Notes under the pieces: model-generated
Seen by the model: the letters and a program-made list of their open reading frames with translations, nothing else
Told to the model about the DNA's origin: nothing
Databases searched by the model: none
Origin: Truepera sp.
Lineage (GTDB): Bacteria > Deinococcota > Deinococci > Deinococcales > Trueperaceae
Length of the DNA: 64,000 bases
Assembly (NCBI GenBank): GCA_965218435.1
Contig: CBDCKW010000009.1
Span: forward strand, 2,816,001-2,880,000
Direction of reading: 5' to 3'
In this document: positions 10,204-20,772 of the stretch, in pieces
How positions within the stretch are numbered: position 1 is the first letter of the stretch
Layout of the letters: every line of letters begins with the position of its first letter
Translations under genes and position numbers: made by a program

Positions 10204-11934
10204 ATGAACCGTCCACGCAGACGTGAAAACGGAGACCGCCACCGTGCGGTACCCGGTACACCTGAAGAAATTAAAGACCTCGACGCGCCGAATAAGGCGC
10301 TCCGCATCATCCCGATTGGCGGGATGGGCGAAATCGGCAAAAACATGTTCGCTTTAGAGTACGAAGACGAAATCTTACTCATCGACGGTGGTTTAGCCTT
10401 TCCCGACGCCGACATGTTAGGCGTAGATATTTTGGTTCCCCGGATCGACTGGGTCATTGAAAACGCCGCCCGGATTAAAGGCTGGGTTTTAACCCACGGT
10501 CACGAAGACCATATCGGCGGGTTGCCGTATATGATCAAACTCTTGCCGAAAATCCCGATGTACGGCGCAAAGCTGACGTTAGGGCTGTTACGCGGCAAGT
10601 TCGACGAATTTCGCCTTAAAGAGTCCGACGCCGACCTCCGCGAAATCTCAACAGATGAGCGCGTCAAAGTGTCCAAATACTTTACCGTAGACTTTTTCCG
10701 CATGACGCACTCAATTCCCGACAATTCCGGACTAATTATCCACACACCCATCGGGCGTGTGGTCCACTCCGGTGACTTTAAGCTCGACCATCACCCCGCT
10801 GACGGCAAAACGAGCCACCTGCATAAGCTTGCGCAAGCCGGACAAGAGGGCGTGCTGGCGCTCATTTCAGATTCGACCAACGCTGAACGCCCCGGTTACA
10901 CCCCGAGCGAACGCGACGTGATGAACGCTGTAGACCAGCTCGTTTCGCAGGCCAAGGGCCGCGTCATCGTTACAACCTTTGCCTCGCACGTGCACCGGCT
11001 ACAAAACTTTATCCGGATAGCGGAAAAGTACGACCGGCGCGTCGTGGTCGAAGGCCGCTCGATGGTCAAGAATACGAAGATTGCCCAAGAGCTCGGCTAC
11101 TTAGAGGTCAAGCATCCGCTCGTCAGCTCCGACGAGATGAATAACTTAGCCGACGATAAGGTGCTCTTTTTATGCACAGGTTCGCAGGGACAACCGATGG
11201 CGGCGCTTTCCCGGCTCGCAGCGGGAACACACCGCAAAATCAGCCTTAAACAGGGCGATACGGTCATCTTGTCGTCCAATCCGATTCCCGGTAATGAGGA
11301 GGCGGTCGGGCGCGTGATCAACGAGCTGTACGGCAAAAACGTCGCCGTTTTTTACCCGCCGACCTACCGCGTGCACGCGTCGGGGCACGCCTCGCAAGAA
11401 GAACTCAAACTTATTCTCGACCTGACTCGGCCCAAGTTCTTTATCCCCTGGCACGGCGAGGTGCGGCATCAGGTCAACCATAAACGCTTGGCTGAGCAGA
11501 TGGCGACGCCACCGCAAAAGGTGGTCGTAGCTGAAAACGGCGACATCTTAGAGTTGACCCGTAACGACCTTAAAAAAGTTGGGCAGATTGACGCGGGCAT
11601 CGTCTTGATTGATTCGGTCGGTAAAACCGGCGAAGAGGTGACTGAACCGATTATCCGCGACCGGCAGACGCTCTCTTCGGAAGGTGTGGTCGTGATTATG
11701 GCGCTCATGGGCAAATCGCCCTCAGTTGAGGTTATTACTAGGGGTGTATCGCAAAACCACCGCGAACTCAACGGGGAGATTGAAAAGATCGCCTTAGAGA
11801 GTCTGAAACGCGGCGTCCGTGAAAAACGCACCTTGTCAGACATCCGCGACGATATCTTTTATCCGGTACGGCGACACCTGCGTAAAGCGACGGGTCGTAA
11901 TCCGCTGATTGTACCGACGGTGCTCGAGGGCTAA
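10204..11934 (+). CDS. rnj: Ribonuclease J
   Basis: GGMGEIGKNM, THGHEDHIGG, TGSQGQP, HASGHAS. Confidence 0.96.
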   Translation: MNRPRRRENGDRHRAVPGTPEEIKDLDAPNKALRIIPIGGMGEIGKNMFALEYEDEILLIDGGLAFPDADMLGVDILVPRIDWVIENAARIKGWVLTHGHEDHIGGLPYMIKLLPKIPMYGAKLTLGLLRGKFDEFRLKESDADLREISTDERVKVSKYFTVDFFRMTHSIPDNSGLIIHTPIGRVVHSGDFKLDHHPADGKTSHLHKLAQAGQEGVLALISDSTNAERPGYTPSERDVMNAVDQLVSQAKGRVIVTTFASHVHRLQNFIRIAEKYDRRVVVEGRSMVKNTKIAQELGYLEVKHPLVSSDEMNNLADDKVLFLCTGSQGQPMAALSRLAAGTHRKISLKQGDTVILSSNPIPGNEEAVGRVINELYGKNVAVFYPPTYRVHASGHASQEELKLILDLTRPKFFIPWHGEVRHQVNHKRLAEQMATPPQKVVVAENGDILELTRNDLKKVGQIDAGIVLIDSVGKTGEEVTEPIIRDRQTLSSEGVVVIMALMGKSPSVEVITRGVSQNHRELNGEIEKIALESLKRGVREKRTLSDIRDDIFYPVRRHLRKATGRNPLIVPTVLEG

Positions 11935-11961
11935 ACACCGTTAGAGCAGCACGCGCATGTA

Positions 11962-11993
11962 TAAGAGACAGGGCTGAAACCCCTGTCTTTTTT
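11962..11993 (+). terminator. Intrinsic terminator after rnj
   Basis: AGACAGGG-loop-CCCTGTCT followed by a T run. Confidence 0.8.
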
Positions 11994-12284
11994 CGTAGCT
12001 TCGGTTCTGTGTGCGCTAGCGCACACGAACACTATAGTACCCGGCAAACTGTGAAAAATCTGACACCCACGTATTTTTGAGTTATCTTCATCAAACCTTT
12101 AACTTAAATAAACTTAAGGTTCGCTTAAGCTCGAGTTCTTAAGCTCTGCACATAAAGCTCTAAGAAAGGAAAACTCAAGCCGCCGTTTTAGCTAAGCAAC
12201 ATCTTATCTTATAGCTACCAACTCCAGCTAAAGTGGCCTTTGCCCTCTCGTTGAAATGACGCGCAAACGTCAGAAAGGTTTACC

Positions 12285-13496
12285 ATGAAACGCGTTTTAT
12301 TTTTTGGACTTTTGCTGTTAGCCGCCTGTTCACAGGCTCCTACCCCCGCCACGAACCCCGAGCTTTTGGCGCAGCGACTCGGAACACGCGCGGACGACGC
12401 AGCGACCGGCGTCGCCATAGACACCAAACTCGGCGCAGTTTATGTGCTGGGCGTAACCGAAGGCTCGCTTGGTGGCACTAACAAGGGTAAGACCGACGTC
12501 ATCTTGCAGCGTTATACACGCGGCGGCGAAGTTGTTTGGAAACGTCAGCTAGGAACAGGCGGCTATGACAGTGCGGGCGGCGTTGCCACCGACAGTAAAG
12601 GTTTTGTATACGCCGGTTATAACGCAACGTTAAGCAAACTCGGGGCAAACGGCAACTCTGTCTGGAAGCGTACTCTCCAGGTCGAAACTCCCTACGGTAC
12701 TGAAGCAGTTGAACTATCTGCCTTAGCTACCGACAAAGACGGCAACGTCTACGCTGCTGGTGCTACTTACGAAACGATGGTTTTGTTTAAGTACACGGGC
12801 ACGGGTGCGCTGCAGTGGACAAAAAGCGCCCAAGGCAACGGGATGTTCTTCTCTCCAACAGGTATCAGCACCGACACTAACGGTAACGTTTACGTTACAG
12901 CGAACGACGTGGACGACTGCTGCCTTGCCAACGCAATCTTGAAATACAGCCCTAGCGGAACGCAGCTTTTTAACAAATCCATCAGCACTAAGACGAACGA
13001 CCTCGAGCTAACTGGGCTTCAGGTTCAGAATAACGCACTCTACTTGGTAGGAACCAAGCACTACAACTGGGGTGGTGATTACGGCAGAAAATATGAAGGT
13101 GACGGCTTTGTCGCCCGGTACTCACTAAACGGTGCCAGAGAGTGGCAAAAAGGGTTCGGCACTATCAGCTACGACGGCGCACACGGTCTTTCAGTCGGTG
13201 CAGATGGCAGCGTGTACGTCACGGGCTATACCTACGGAGCGTTGGACGGAACCAATCAAGGCGGCAGCGACGCCTTCATGAGTAAATTTAGCAGCAGCGG
13301 CAGCGCGCTCTGGACCAAACAGATCGGTTCTAAAGGTGACGACCGGGGCAACGCAGTCGTAGCGTACAGCAGCAGTGAACTCTACCTCGCCGGTGGTGCA
13401 GGCGGCGCACTGAAAGGTGGCACGTACCGCGGCGGCGAAGACGGGTTTTTACGCCGCACTGATGGGAACGGCAACCGGGTTTGGACAGATCAGTAA
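12285..13496 (+). CDS. SBBP-repeat beta-propeller lipoprotein
   Basis: Lipobox LAAC; repeated D.DGNVYV.G / W.KQ.G units. Confidence 0.8.
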   Translation: MKRVLFFGLLLLAACSQAPTPATNPELLAQRLGTRADDAATGVAIDTKLGAVYVLGVTEGSLGGTNKGKTDVILQRYTRGGEVVWKRQLGTGGYDSAGGVATDSKGFVYAGYNATLSKLGANGNSVWKRTLQVETPYGTEAVELSALATDKDGNVYAAGATYETMVLFKYTGTGALQWTKSAQGNGMFFSPTGISTDTNGNVYVTANDVDDCCLANAILKYSPSGTQLFNKSISTKTNDLELTGLQVQNNALYLVGTKHYNWGGDYGRKYEGDGFVARYSLNGAREWQKGFGTISYDGAHGLSVGADGSVYVTGYTYGALDGTNQGGSDAFMSKFSSSGSALWTKQIGSKGDDRGNAVVAYSSSELYLAGGAGGALKGGTYRGGEDGFLRRTDGNGNRVWTDQ

Positions 13497-13519
13497 GTAC
13501 CAATAAGTAATCGTCAAAT

Positions 13520-13552
13520 AAAAACAGGGGCTCGAGACTGAGCCTCTTTTTT
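13520..13552. terminator. Bidirectional terminator between convergent genes
   Basis: A-run, GGGCTC...GAGCCT stem, T-run. Confidence 0.6.
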
Positions 13553-13946
13553 AGCTGCTGGGAATAAGCCAATCTCCTTCAGCAACCCTAGTTACTCCGG
13601 CAGCCGCCAGCCGCGCCCTGTTGACATAGACATAGGTCCAAACCGTGTCACCGGAAGGTTGCACGGTGACGAGCACACGCGCGTATTCGGGTGGGCTGAG
13701 GGCGAGGCCCTCGAGCGCGTCAAGCACCGGTAAAGCCGCTCCAATATTTTCAAAGGTCAGTACGACGCCGTAAACGCGGCCCGTACCGGGGACGATAGCC
13801 GGATACCTTTCCGGTTCAAAATGTAGCAGGTCGTAGCCCTCGAGATAGGCCGGAGCTGTGCAGGTGACACCCTGGGCCAGCGCGTAGTTGGAACCGCCTG
13901 GTTTGAGGGTACCGTAAACGAAAATATCAGAAACAAGTTGTGTCAA
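13551..13946 (-). CDS. Gamma-glutamylcyclotransferase (AIG2-like) family protein
   Basis: IFVYGTLKPG and LDALEG motifs. Confidence 0.85.
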   Translation of the reverse strand: MTQLVSDIFVYGTLKPGGSNYALAQGVTCTAPAYLEGYDLLHFEPERYPAIVPGTGRVYGVVLTFENIGAALPVLDALEGLALSPPEYARVLVTVQPSGDTVWTYVYVNRARLAAAGVTRVAEGDWLIPSS

Positions 13947-13955
13947 AAGGCAACC

Positions 13956-14432
13956 TCAAGGATCGACTAAATCCGTATCGGGTTTGCCCGAATGAGGATA
14001 ACCAAGTGCTCGAGCCAACGCTAAAGCCTGCCCTTTATGGTGGAATTCGTGGGTTATCGGGTGGAGAACGAGCCAGCGCCGGGACAGTTTAACGTTTTCT
14101 CCGGCGGGCGACGTCCAGACAAAAGGTGCGTCCAGGTCGGTAAAGCTGTCTAGTGCTTGTAGGACGGTGGCGTCTACCTGGGCAAACGCGCCCCGTAACG
14201 CCTGAACGTCATTCACTTTAAGCTCGAGCTCTTCAGCACCGCCGAGTCCGACTGTGCCTATCCACCAAAGGTAACAATCAGCTACGTGAGCTTGGACGCT
14301 ACTCAGGCTGCCGTAAGCGAAGCCTTCATCTCGCATGGTAAAAACGTCGGGCGGCAGGGTCTCGAGCCAATCCAGCACTTTCGCTCTGGTGCGCTGCGTG
14401 AGGTCGTAAAAGATTTTCAAATCTTCGTTCAT
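13956..14432 (-). CDS. DinB family protein
   Basis: H..DCY.WW and HPITHEFHHKGQ metal-binding motifs; leaderless start after TACGCT. Confidence 0.85.
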   Translation of the reverse strand: MNEDLKIFYDLTQRTRAKVLDWLETLPPDVFTMRDEGFAYGSLSSVQAHVADCYLWWIGTVGLGGAEELELKVNDVQALRGAFAQVDATVLQALDSFTDLDAPFVWTSPAGENVKLSRRWLVLHPITHEFHHKGQALALARALGYPHSGKPDTDLVDP

Positions 14433-14484
14433 AGGCGTAGCGTAAACCTTTTGGGCACTGACTTCATAGGTTCGCCGTATCTCA

Positions 14485-15048
14485 CTATTTAAGTGCAATG
14501 ACTTGAAACGTCCAGTTCGGCAGTTCAGCTAAAAGGTTCACCACCGAACTTTCAGACAGCAGGAGTTTTCGGTGTCCGTCTCGTACCAAGCCCTCTTTAA
14601 CGGCGTGGTCAACCCAAACAAGCAGCGCGTCGTAGTAGCCGTTTACGTTGAGGATACCGCACGGTTTTACTTGTGCCCCGATTTGTGTCCAGGTCAACAT
14701 CTCAAATAACTCGTCCAGCGTTCCGTAACCACCGGGCAGGGCGATAAAGGCGTCTGCCAGCTCTGCCATACGCGCTTTACGCGTGAGCATGTTAGGGACG
14801 ACCTCGAGCCGCGAAAGCTTGGTGTGGGCGATTTCACGGTCAACCAGACTTTGCGGCATTACACCGACGACCTCACCGCCCGCAGCGAGTGCTGCGTCCG
14901 CCAAAGTTCCCATCAGCCCGATGTGACCGCCCCCGTAAACGAGGGTCAGGCCGCGCCCTGCGAGTTCACGCCCGACCTCTTCAGCAGCTTGCGTGTACGC
15001 CGGGTTCGTACCTGCGCTACCGCCGCAAAAAACTGCGACAGCTTTCAT
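14485..15048 (-). CDS. LOG family phosphoribohydrolase (TIGR00730-like)
   Basis: LVYGGG..GLMG, RKARM and PGGYGTLDE motifs. Confidence 0.92.
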   Translation of the reverse strand: MKAVAVFCGGSAGTNPAYTQAAEEVGRELAGRGLTLVYGGGHIGLMGTLADAALAAGGEVVGVMPQSLVDREIAHTKLSRLEVVPNMLTRKARMAELADAFIALPGGYGTLDELFEMLTWTQIGAQVKPCGILNVNGYYDALLVWVDHAVKEGLVRDGHRKLLLSESSVVNLLAELPNWTFQVIALK

Positions 15049-15473
15049 AAAGCCTTTTTCAACGCGGTTAGGGCACGCTGAGCCGTAAGTGTGAGCTTGT
15101 CCGGCAACGCGTTTAACGAGAAGAAGCGGATAGCTTCGGTTTTGTCCGGTTCGGGGTTAGAGAGCGTTCCGCCAACGATGCGGGCGTGATAGGCGGGCGC
15201 GACCCAGTGATCTTGCTCATCCGGTAGGAGATGGTTGGTCACGCATAAAAGGCCGGTGAGTTCGACGTGCAGACCGGACTCCTCGAGCGTTTCACGCCGT
15301 GCGGCGTCCTCGAGGCGCTCCATAAATTCGACTTTACCCCCGACAATGCTCCAGCATCCTGCTTCCGGCGCACGTTTACGCAGCGTGAGCAAGACGTCAC
15401 CTTCTCTGTTTGTTACGAGTACGCCGACACCAACGCGAGGTTCAGCTGTTTGAAGCTTTGAAGAGAGTGTCAT
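15045..15473 (-). CDS. NUDIX hydrolase
   Basis: [23 protein letters not shown]udix box. Confidence 0.9.
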   Translation of the reverse strand: MTLSSKLQTAEPRVGVGVLVTNREGDVLLTLRKRAPEAGCWSIVGGKVEFMERLEDAARRETLEESGLHVELTGLLCVTNHLLPDEQDHWVAPAYHARIVGGTLSNPEPDKTEAIRFFSLNALPDKLTLTAQRALTALKKAL

Positions 15474-15549
15474 AAAGATGTTGTAACACTCTTTCAAACT
15501 CAGCTGTGCGACCAGAAGTTGAAACTACGACCGAGCGATGACTCTAGGG

Positions 15550-16266
15550 CTACGTCCCGAGCGTCAGCACACAGAGCGGCACCTCGCCCGTCCCGTCAAC
15601 CTGTAACAGCCGCGCCAGCTCATCGTCGTAAAACTCGGCGCGTACGGTTGCGGCGAGGCCGAGCCCGACAGCGGCTAACATCGCACACTGCGCCGCCGCA
15701 CCCGCCTCGAGGTACAAGTAGCGGTACGCCCGACTTTTCGAGCCGTCGTCAATCCGGCCCGGTACCCCCGTATAGGCGACGATCGCAGCGCACGCCGAGA
15801 TGTCGGTGTCGCCCAAAAGGGCGTCGGCAAGGTCTAAACTAGGTTCGGTGCGGCGCAGGTGCTCTAGGGCGTGCTCACGCGGGTTGTAGTGGTACACACC
15901 GGGAAAGACGTCTTCAAGCTGCCGGACGATCAGGTAGGTCTCGAGTCCTGCAATTGGTACCGCCGTCGCGTGGGTACGCTGGCCGCCGTAGGTAAACCCT
16001 GAGGTTGCCCAAAGCAGCTGCGATACGTCGCTCTGACGCAAGCGGCCGCCTTCAGGGATGCTTTCACGCGTCGTTGACAGCGTAGCCCACAAACCTTTAC
16101 CCGCCGAAAGTTCAGGAACCGGGAGAGAGGCGACCTCGAGCGGATTCGCGTAGACCTTAAAGGGGCTGACGACCTTTCCTGTTTTGGGCGGCAACGCGCC
16201 GCGGCGGTATTTGGTCTGCGCCTGAAAGCTCTCCCCTATCGTTTTGTCGCGGCTACTGGACAACAC
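15550..16266 (-). CDS. SagB/ThcOx-family nitroreductase-like protein
   Basis: SQLLWA, GVYHYNP.EH.L and AYRYLYLEAG motifs. Confidence 0.8.
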   Translation of the reverse strand: MLSSSRDKTIGESFQAQTKYRRGALPPKTGKVVSPFKVYANPLEVASLPVPELSAGKGLWATLSTTRESIPEGGRLRQSDVSQLLWATSGFTYGGQRTHATAVPIAGLETYLIVRQLEDVFPGVYHYNPREHALEHLRRTEPSLDLADALLGDTDISACAAIVAYTGVPGRIDDGSKSRAYRYLYLEAGAAAQCAMLAAVGLGLAATVRAEFYDDELARLLQVDGTGEVPLCVLTLGT

Positions 16267-16395
16267 GGCTCCTTAACGGTTTCTTAACCCTCCGCACTAG
16301 TGTACCATCCCGGCCGGTAGAGACGAATCAGCACTCGAGTCGGGCGCGGCATATGAGAAGACAGCAGCAGTCGCCAGAGCGGGTTACCTTAACGT

Positions 16396-17370
16396 ATGAC
16401 GCGTTTTGCTGACGAGCTGTTAGCTTGGTTTACCGCGCGGCAGCGGCTCTTGCCGTGGCGTAAGGCGCGGACGCCTTACCGCATATGGGTTTCTGAAACG
16501 ATGCTGCAGCAGACGCAAGTAGCGACCGTCATCCCCTATTTTGAACGCTGGCTGACGCGTTTTCCCACACTCGCGGCGCTCGCCGCTGCGCCCCTGGAGG
16601 ACGTGCTTAAAGCGTGGGAAGGGCTCGGCTATTATCGCCGCGCCCGTCTGCTTCATGCGGGCGCACAGCGGGTGGTCGAAGCTTATGGCGGCGAGTTACC
16701 GGACACTTATGACGAACTTTTAGAACTACCGGGGATCGGTCCCTATACCGCAGCGGCCATCGCATCACTCGCATTTGGGGAGGCTGTTTTGGCCGTAGAC
16801 GGGAACGTCAAACGGGTGGCCTCGAGGCTCTTTTGCCTTCCCGGAGAACCCACACCGCGCACAGTCAGGGTGAGACTTGAGCCCTATTTACCGCCGACCC
16901 AAGCCGGTGCCTTTAACGAAGCATTGATGGAACTCGGCGCAACCGTATGTATCCCGCGCACTCCCCGCTGTAGCGAGTGCCCGGTCAGTAGAGATTGCAG
17001 CGCGTTTCAGGCGGGACGAGTCGGAGAGTTTCCGCATCCCAAGGTGCGTAAACAGGTGCCGCATCACCGCCGCTTTGCACTCGTTTATCAGCAAGAGGGC
17101 AAACTTTGGCTCCGCAAACGCGCGGAGAACGAGATGTTGGGCGGCTTGTGGGGGTTTGTCCTCAGCGACTCGGCTCCGCAGGGTCAGCAGCTCGAGCCCG
17201 TACAGCACGCTTACACCCACTTCAAAGTCACCGCGACGCCGGTTTTGATCGCAACGCCGCCGGAAGTCGGAACTTGGATCGAGCTGAGCTGCCTTCCGTC
17301 TTTAGCCATGTCGAAGCTGGACTATAAGATTTACGCCAAGGTGTCACCGGTCACAGCGCCCGCTCGGTAA
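16396..17370 (+). CDS. mutY: A/G-specific adenine glycosylase
   Basis: WVSETMLQQTQV, WEGLGYYRRAR, HhH LPGIGPYTA, VDGNVKRV and C-x6-C-x2-C-x5-C Fe-S motif. Confidence 0.95.
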   Translation: MTRFADELLAWFTARQRLLPWRKARTPYRIWVSETMLQQTQVATVIPYFERWLTRFPTLAALAAAPLEDVLKAWEGLGYYRRARLLHAGAQRVVEAYGGELPDTYDELLELPGIGPYTAAAIASLAFGEAVLAVDGNVKRVASRLFCLPGEPTPRTVRVRLEPYLPPTQAGAFNEALMELGATVCIPRTPRCSECPVSRDCSAFQAGRVGEFPHPKVRKQVPHHRRFALVYQQEGKLWLRKRAENEMLGGLWGFVLSDSAPQGQQLEPVQHAYTHFKVTATPVLIATPPEVGTWIELSCLPSLAMSKLDYKIYAKVSPVTAPAR

Positions 17371-17650
17371 GCTCCGTGTAGCACTGTAGCAGAGCATCAA
17401 CTCATTCCAAAGTTAGTTGAGGACGATTACAGCGTGTCTTACAAGAGAAGTGAAAGTCCAGAATAAAAAAGTTAGAAGTCAGTAGGTTGGCTAAAAATTT
17501 CTCGAGTGCTCAAGGCGTGACGACAAAAGCAAATGTCAACACAGCTTGAGACGACTGCCACTCAACATAGATTTGTATAAAAAGTCACATCTTAAAACTT
17601 AGGGTTAATTTCACGTTGCCTTCCGGAGCGAGCTGCCTAAACTTGTGGCT

Positions 17651-18232
17651 ATGTACGGACTTATCCGCTGTCCGGTGTGTAACCGCGACCCCAGCAACTA
17701 TAACGGCCTCTGTAAACGCTGCGCCGAAGGGTTGTTCGAGCCGCAGATTGGTCAGTTCGAGCTCTCTTTAGGGACCTACGGGGGGCAGCTCGAGCGGGCC
17801 GTACGCGCCTACAAGTTTCACGGGACTCGGCAGCTCGGGGGGCTGTTCGGGCGGCAGTTGGCTGAGACGCTTGAGGAAGCGGCGTGGCCCGTTGACACCC
17901 TCTGCGCCGTCCCGCTCCACGTAACGCGTTACCTGCACCGCGGCTACAACCAGTCGGCGCTCGTCGCGCGGAGCGCCGCAGAGCGCCGCGCACTCCCCTA
18001 CCGCCCCCTGTTACGGCGCGTCCGCACCACCAAGCAGCAGGCCAAACTCGGCGGGGCCGCGCGTGAAGAGAACGTCTCCGGCGCGTTTCAGTCACAGAAG
18101 CTGAGCGGCGAGCGGGTGCTACTCGTTGATGACGTGATGACGAGCGGCGCAACCGTGACCGAATGTGCGTTGACGCTACTGGGGGCCGGAGCAAGACAGG
18201 TTTACGTTGCGACGGTGGCTCGAGCCGCTTGA
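17651..18232 (+). CDS. comF: ComF family protein (Zn finger plus PRTase domain)
   Basis: CPVC...CKRC, RGYNQS, VLLVDDVMTSGAT. Confidence 0.88.
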   Translation: MYGLIRCPVCNRDPSNYNGLCKRCAEGLFEPQIGQFELSLGTYGGQLERAVRAYKFHGTRQLGGLFGRQLAETLEEAAWPVDTLCAVPLHVTRYLHRGYNQSALVARSAAERRALPYRPLLRRVRTTKQQAKLGGAAREENVSGAFQSQKLSGERVLLVDDVMTSGATVTECALTLLGAGARQVYVATVARAA

Positions 18233-18290
18233 GGTATACAAACTCAGCCGGAGGCACTTTTGTTCAAGAAGCTGACGACTGCAAAACGGT

Positions 18291-18746
18291 TCAGCGCGGA
18301 TAGTCGTGAGGCTTGAGCAGATGCAAAACACACTCAGGTAGACCCTTTTCAGCGAGGTAGTTGACCAGTACGCTGGGATAAACCTCATGCTCAGCGAGTT
18401 CTTTGAGAGGTATCCAAACAGGCTCGTAGCTGCCGCGCTGTTCCGCACGAGAAAATTCTTCGCCTGTGCCGGAACCAAAGACACCACCGATTATTGCGGC
18501 GTGGTAGTACAGCTGCAGGTGCGTAACTTTATTCGCTTCAACCCTTTCAACGACCGCTATCAACCTCTGAATGTCAACGTCTACACCTAGTTCTTCTTTA
18601 GCTTCGCGAGTAGCGCCGTTTTCCGTGTATTCGCCCTCTTCGACGCCCCCACCGGGAATGACAAAATACTGGCGACTAGGCTTGACGCGTCTGATCAGCG
18701 CGAGACTGTCTCCATGCAATAAGATGACACCCGCACGAATTCTCAT
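18291..18746 (-). CDS. NUDIX hydrolase
   Basis: PGGGVEEGE...REAKEELG. Confidence 0.88.
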   Translation of the reverse strand: MRIRAGVILLHGDSLALIRRVKPSRQYFVIPGGGVEEGEYTENGATREAKEELGVDVDIQRLIAVVERVEANKVTHLQLYYHAAIIGGVFGSGTGEEFSRAEQRGSYEPVWIPLKELAEHEVYPSVLVNYLAEKGLPECVLHLLKPHDYPR

Positions 18747-18769
18747 CAGTTTATTTTTACAGAGCGTAG

Positions 18770-19753
18770 CTAACGCTTCACATTCCGCGCCAGCCGGTTT
18801 TGCAAGAGCACCACTAGCAGCAAAAACCCGCCGCGAATCACCGATTGCCAGTACGAACTGAGGCTGATCACGCCTCGGCCGTTTTCAAAGTTGAGCATAT
18901 TGAAGATCAAGCCCAGCAGTAGCGCCCCGGCAAAGGTGCCGCCGATACTGCCCAGACCGCCGGTCAGCAGCGTTCCGCCGACGACCACGGACGCGATTGC
19001 GGAGAGTTCCCAGCCGAGCCCTTCAGTCGGCTGACCGGCCCCGAACTGCGACGCTAAAATCACCCCGGCAAGCCCCGCCAGAAGCCCTGAAAGCACATAG
19101 ACGACGACGATCACGCGGTTTGTCGGGAGCCCCATCAAGCGGCTTGCCTCTTCGTTGTCGCCGATGGCGAGCACGTGCCGACCAAACGCCGTGTAGTTGA
19201 GCACGATAACCCCCACAATAAACGCAGCGAACATCAGCCACGCCGGAACCGGGAAACCAAACCAGTTACCCTGACCGAGCGCAATAAAGTTCGTGTCGTA
19301 AGACACGCCAACCGACTGATTGCGGGCGAGCGTCAGTGCGCCGCCACGCGCCGCGAGCATCATCGCTAACGTAGCGATAAAGGGCAAGACGTTGAGTCTA
19401 GCAATGACCAACCCGTTGATCAGCCCTAACGCACCTCCGGCAAGTACGGCGGCGAGCGTCGCAGGCCAGAGTCCGTAGGGACTAAGGAGGGCAGAGACAA
19501 CGCTCGAGAACGCCACTACACTCCCGACCGAAAGGTCGATCCCGCCCGTCATAATGACAAACGCCATCCCGAGTGAAATCAGCGCGAACATCGAGTTATA
19601 GCGTAAAAAACTCTCGATATTGTATGCAGACAAAAACCGCTCGTAACGCAGGCCACCGATGACAATCAGGGCCAAAAGCGCCACCCATACACCCTGACGC
19701 GTTAAAAATCCGAACCGGCGCACGGCCGGACGTTTCGTTGTTGAAGCAGTCAC
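18770..19753 (-). CDS. Sugar ABC transporter permease (YjfF-like)
   Basis: GGIDLSVGS, FGRHVLAIGDNEEA, ELSAIASVVVGG; GTG start after AGGAGA. Confidence 0.88.
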   Translation of the reverse strand: MTASTTKRPAVRRFGFLTRQGVWVALLALIVIGGLRYERFLSAYNIESFLRYNSMFALISLGMAFVIMTGGIDLSVGSVVAFSSVVSALLSPYGLWPATLAAVLAGGALGLINGLVIARLNVLPFIATLAMMLAARGGALTLARNQSVGVSYDTNFIALGQGNWFGFPVPAWLMFAAFIVGVIVLNYTAFGRHVLAIGDNEEASRLMGLPTNRVIVVVYVLSGLLAGLAGVILASQFGAGQPTEGLGWELSAIASVVVGGTLLTGGLGSIGGTFAGALLLGLIFNMLNFENGRGVISLSSYWQSVIRGGFLLLVVLLQNRLARNVKR

Positions 19754-19779
19754 ATCTCTCCTAGCATCTGTGGCCGCGG

Positions 19780-20772
19780 CTAGCTTTTGCGTGGCCGCAA
19801 GAAATAAACCGCCGCGATAATGATGGCCGCTTTGACGACGAGCGCCGCTGCGTCCGGTACACCCCGAGCCAGCAGCGTGTAACGGATAAGCTGCAAAATA
19901 CACGCGCCCAACAGGGTACCGATCACGTAAGCGCGGCCCCCTGTCAGGGCAGTGCCCCCGACCGCGACAGCGGCAATCGCGTCGAGTTCCATGTTGAGGC
20001 CGACCTGATTGGCGTCCGAGGCGCGGTTGATTGCGACGACAATCAGCCCCGCGACCCCGGCCAGCAGACCGCTTAGCGTGTACACCGCGAGCTTGACCCG
20101 GTTGACCGGTACCCCGGCGAGCCGAGCTGCAGCTTCATTGTCTCCGATAGCCAGCAGATGACGCCCAAACACGGTTGCCCGTACGAGCCAAGCTGCGCCG
20201 AGCGTAATGACGAGCATCAGCCAGACCTGAAAGGGAATGCCTAAAAAACGGCCGTACGCGATCGTCTCAAAGGCCGGATTGCGAAACGACTGTAAGTTGC
20301 CGTTGGTTAAAACTTGGGCAATGCCGCGACCGGCGATATAGAGAATCAGCGTCGCAATAATCGGTTGAATCCGAAACCGAGTGATCAGCGCACCGTTAAA
20401 AAGACCACCGACGCCAGCGGCGAGCACCGGCAAGATAAAGGCCAGCACCAATCCGAGCGCGGGCGACCAACCGGGATAGGTAAAAAGCATCGGCGCGAGC
20501 GCCCCACTGATCGCCATCAGCGACCCGACCGAGAGGTCGATGCCACCGGTGGCAATCACGAGCGTCATCCCAACCCCGACAATCGCAACTGTCGCAACTT
20601 GCGTGAGGTTGACGTTCAGGGTGCGGAGGCTTAAAAAGTTATGGGTAAAGGCGATGTTAAAAGCGATCAGAGCGAGCAGCGCAAGCAGCGCCGCGACAGT
20701 TGGCTCAACGCGCCAGGTGCGCCTGGGCCTAGCTGCCGCCGGGGTTGCCGGGCGGCTCGCTTCAGGACGCAT
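19780..20772 (-). CDS. Sugar ABC transporter permease (YtfT-like)
   Basis: TGGIDLSVGS, ELDAIAAVAVGG. Confidence 0.88.
   Translation of the reverse strand: MRPEASRPATPAAARPRRTWRVEPTVAALLALLALIAFNIAFTHNFLSLRTLNVNLTQVATVAIVGVGMTLVIATGGIDLSVGSLMAISGALAPMLFTYPGWSPALGLVLAFILPVLAAGVGGLFNGALITRFRIQPIIATLILYIAGRGIAQVLTNGNLQSFRNPAFETIAYGRFLGIPFQVWLMLVITLGAAWLVRATVFGRHLLAIGDNEAAARLAGVPVNRVKLAVYTLSGLLAGVAGLIVVAINRASDANQVGLNMELDAIAAVAVGGTALTGGRAYVIGTLLGACILQLIRYTLLARGVPDAAALVVKAAIIIAAVYFLRPRKS

Noticed and set aside
14485..15497. LOG/SLOG plus NUDIX as a defence system partnering SIR2
   Set aside because: Host-like composition, canonical LOG motifs and about 37 kb from the SIR2 gene.
15550..16266. Thiazole/oxazole RiPP cluster around the SagB-like gene
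   Set aside because: No YcaO, E1-like protein or Cys/Ser-rich precursor nearby; the neighbours are housekeeping genes.
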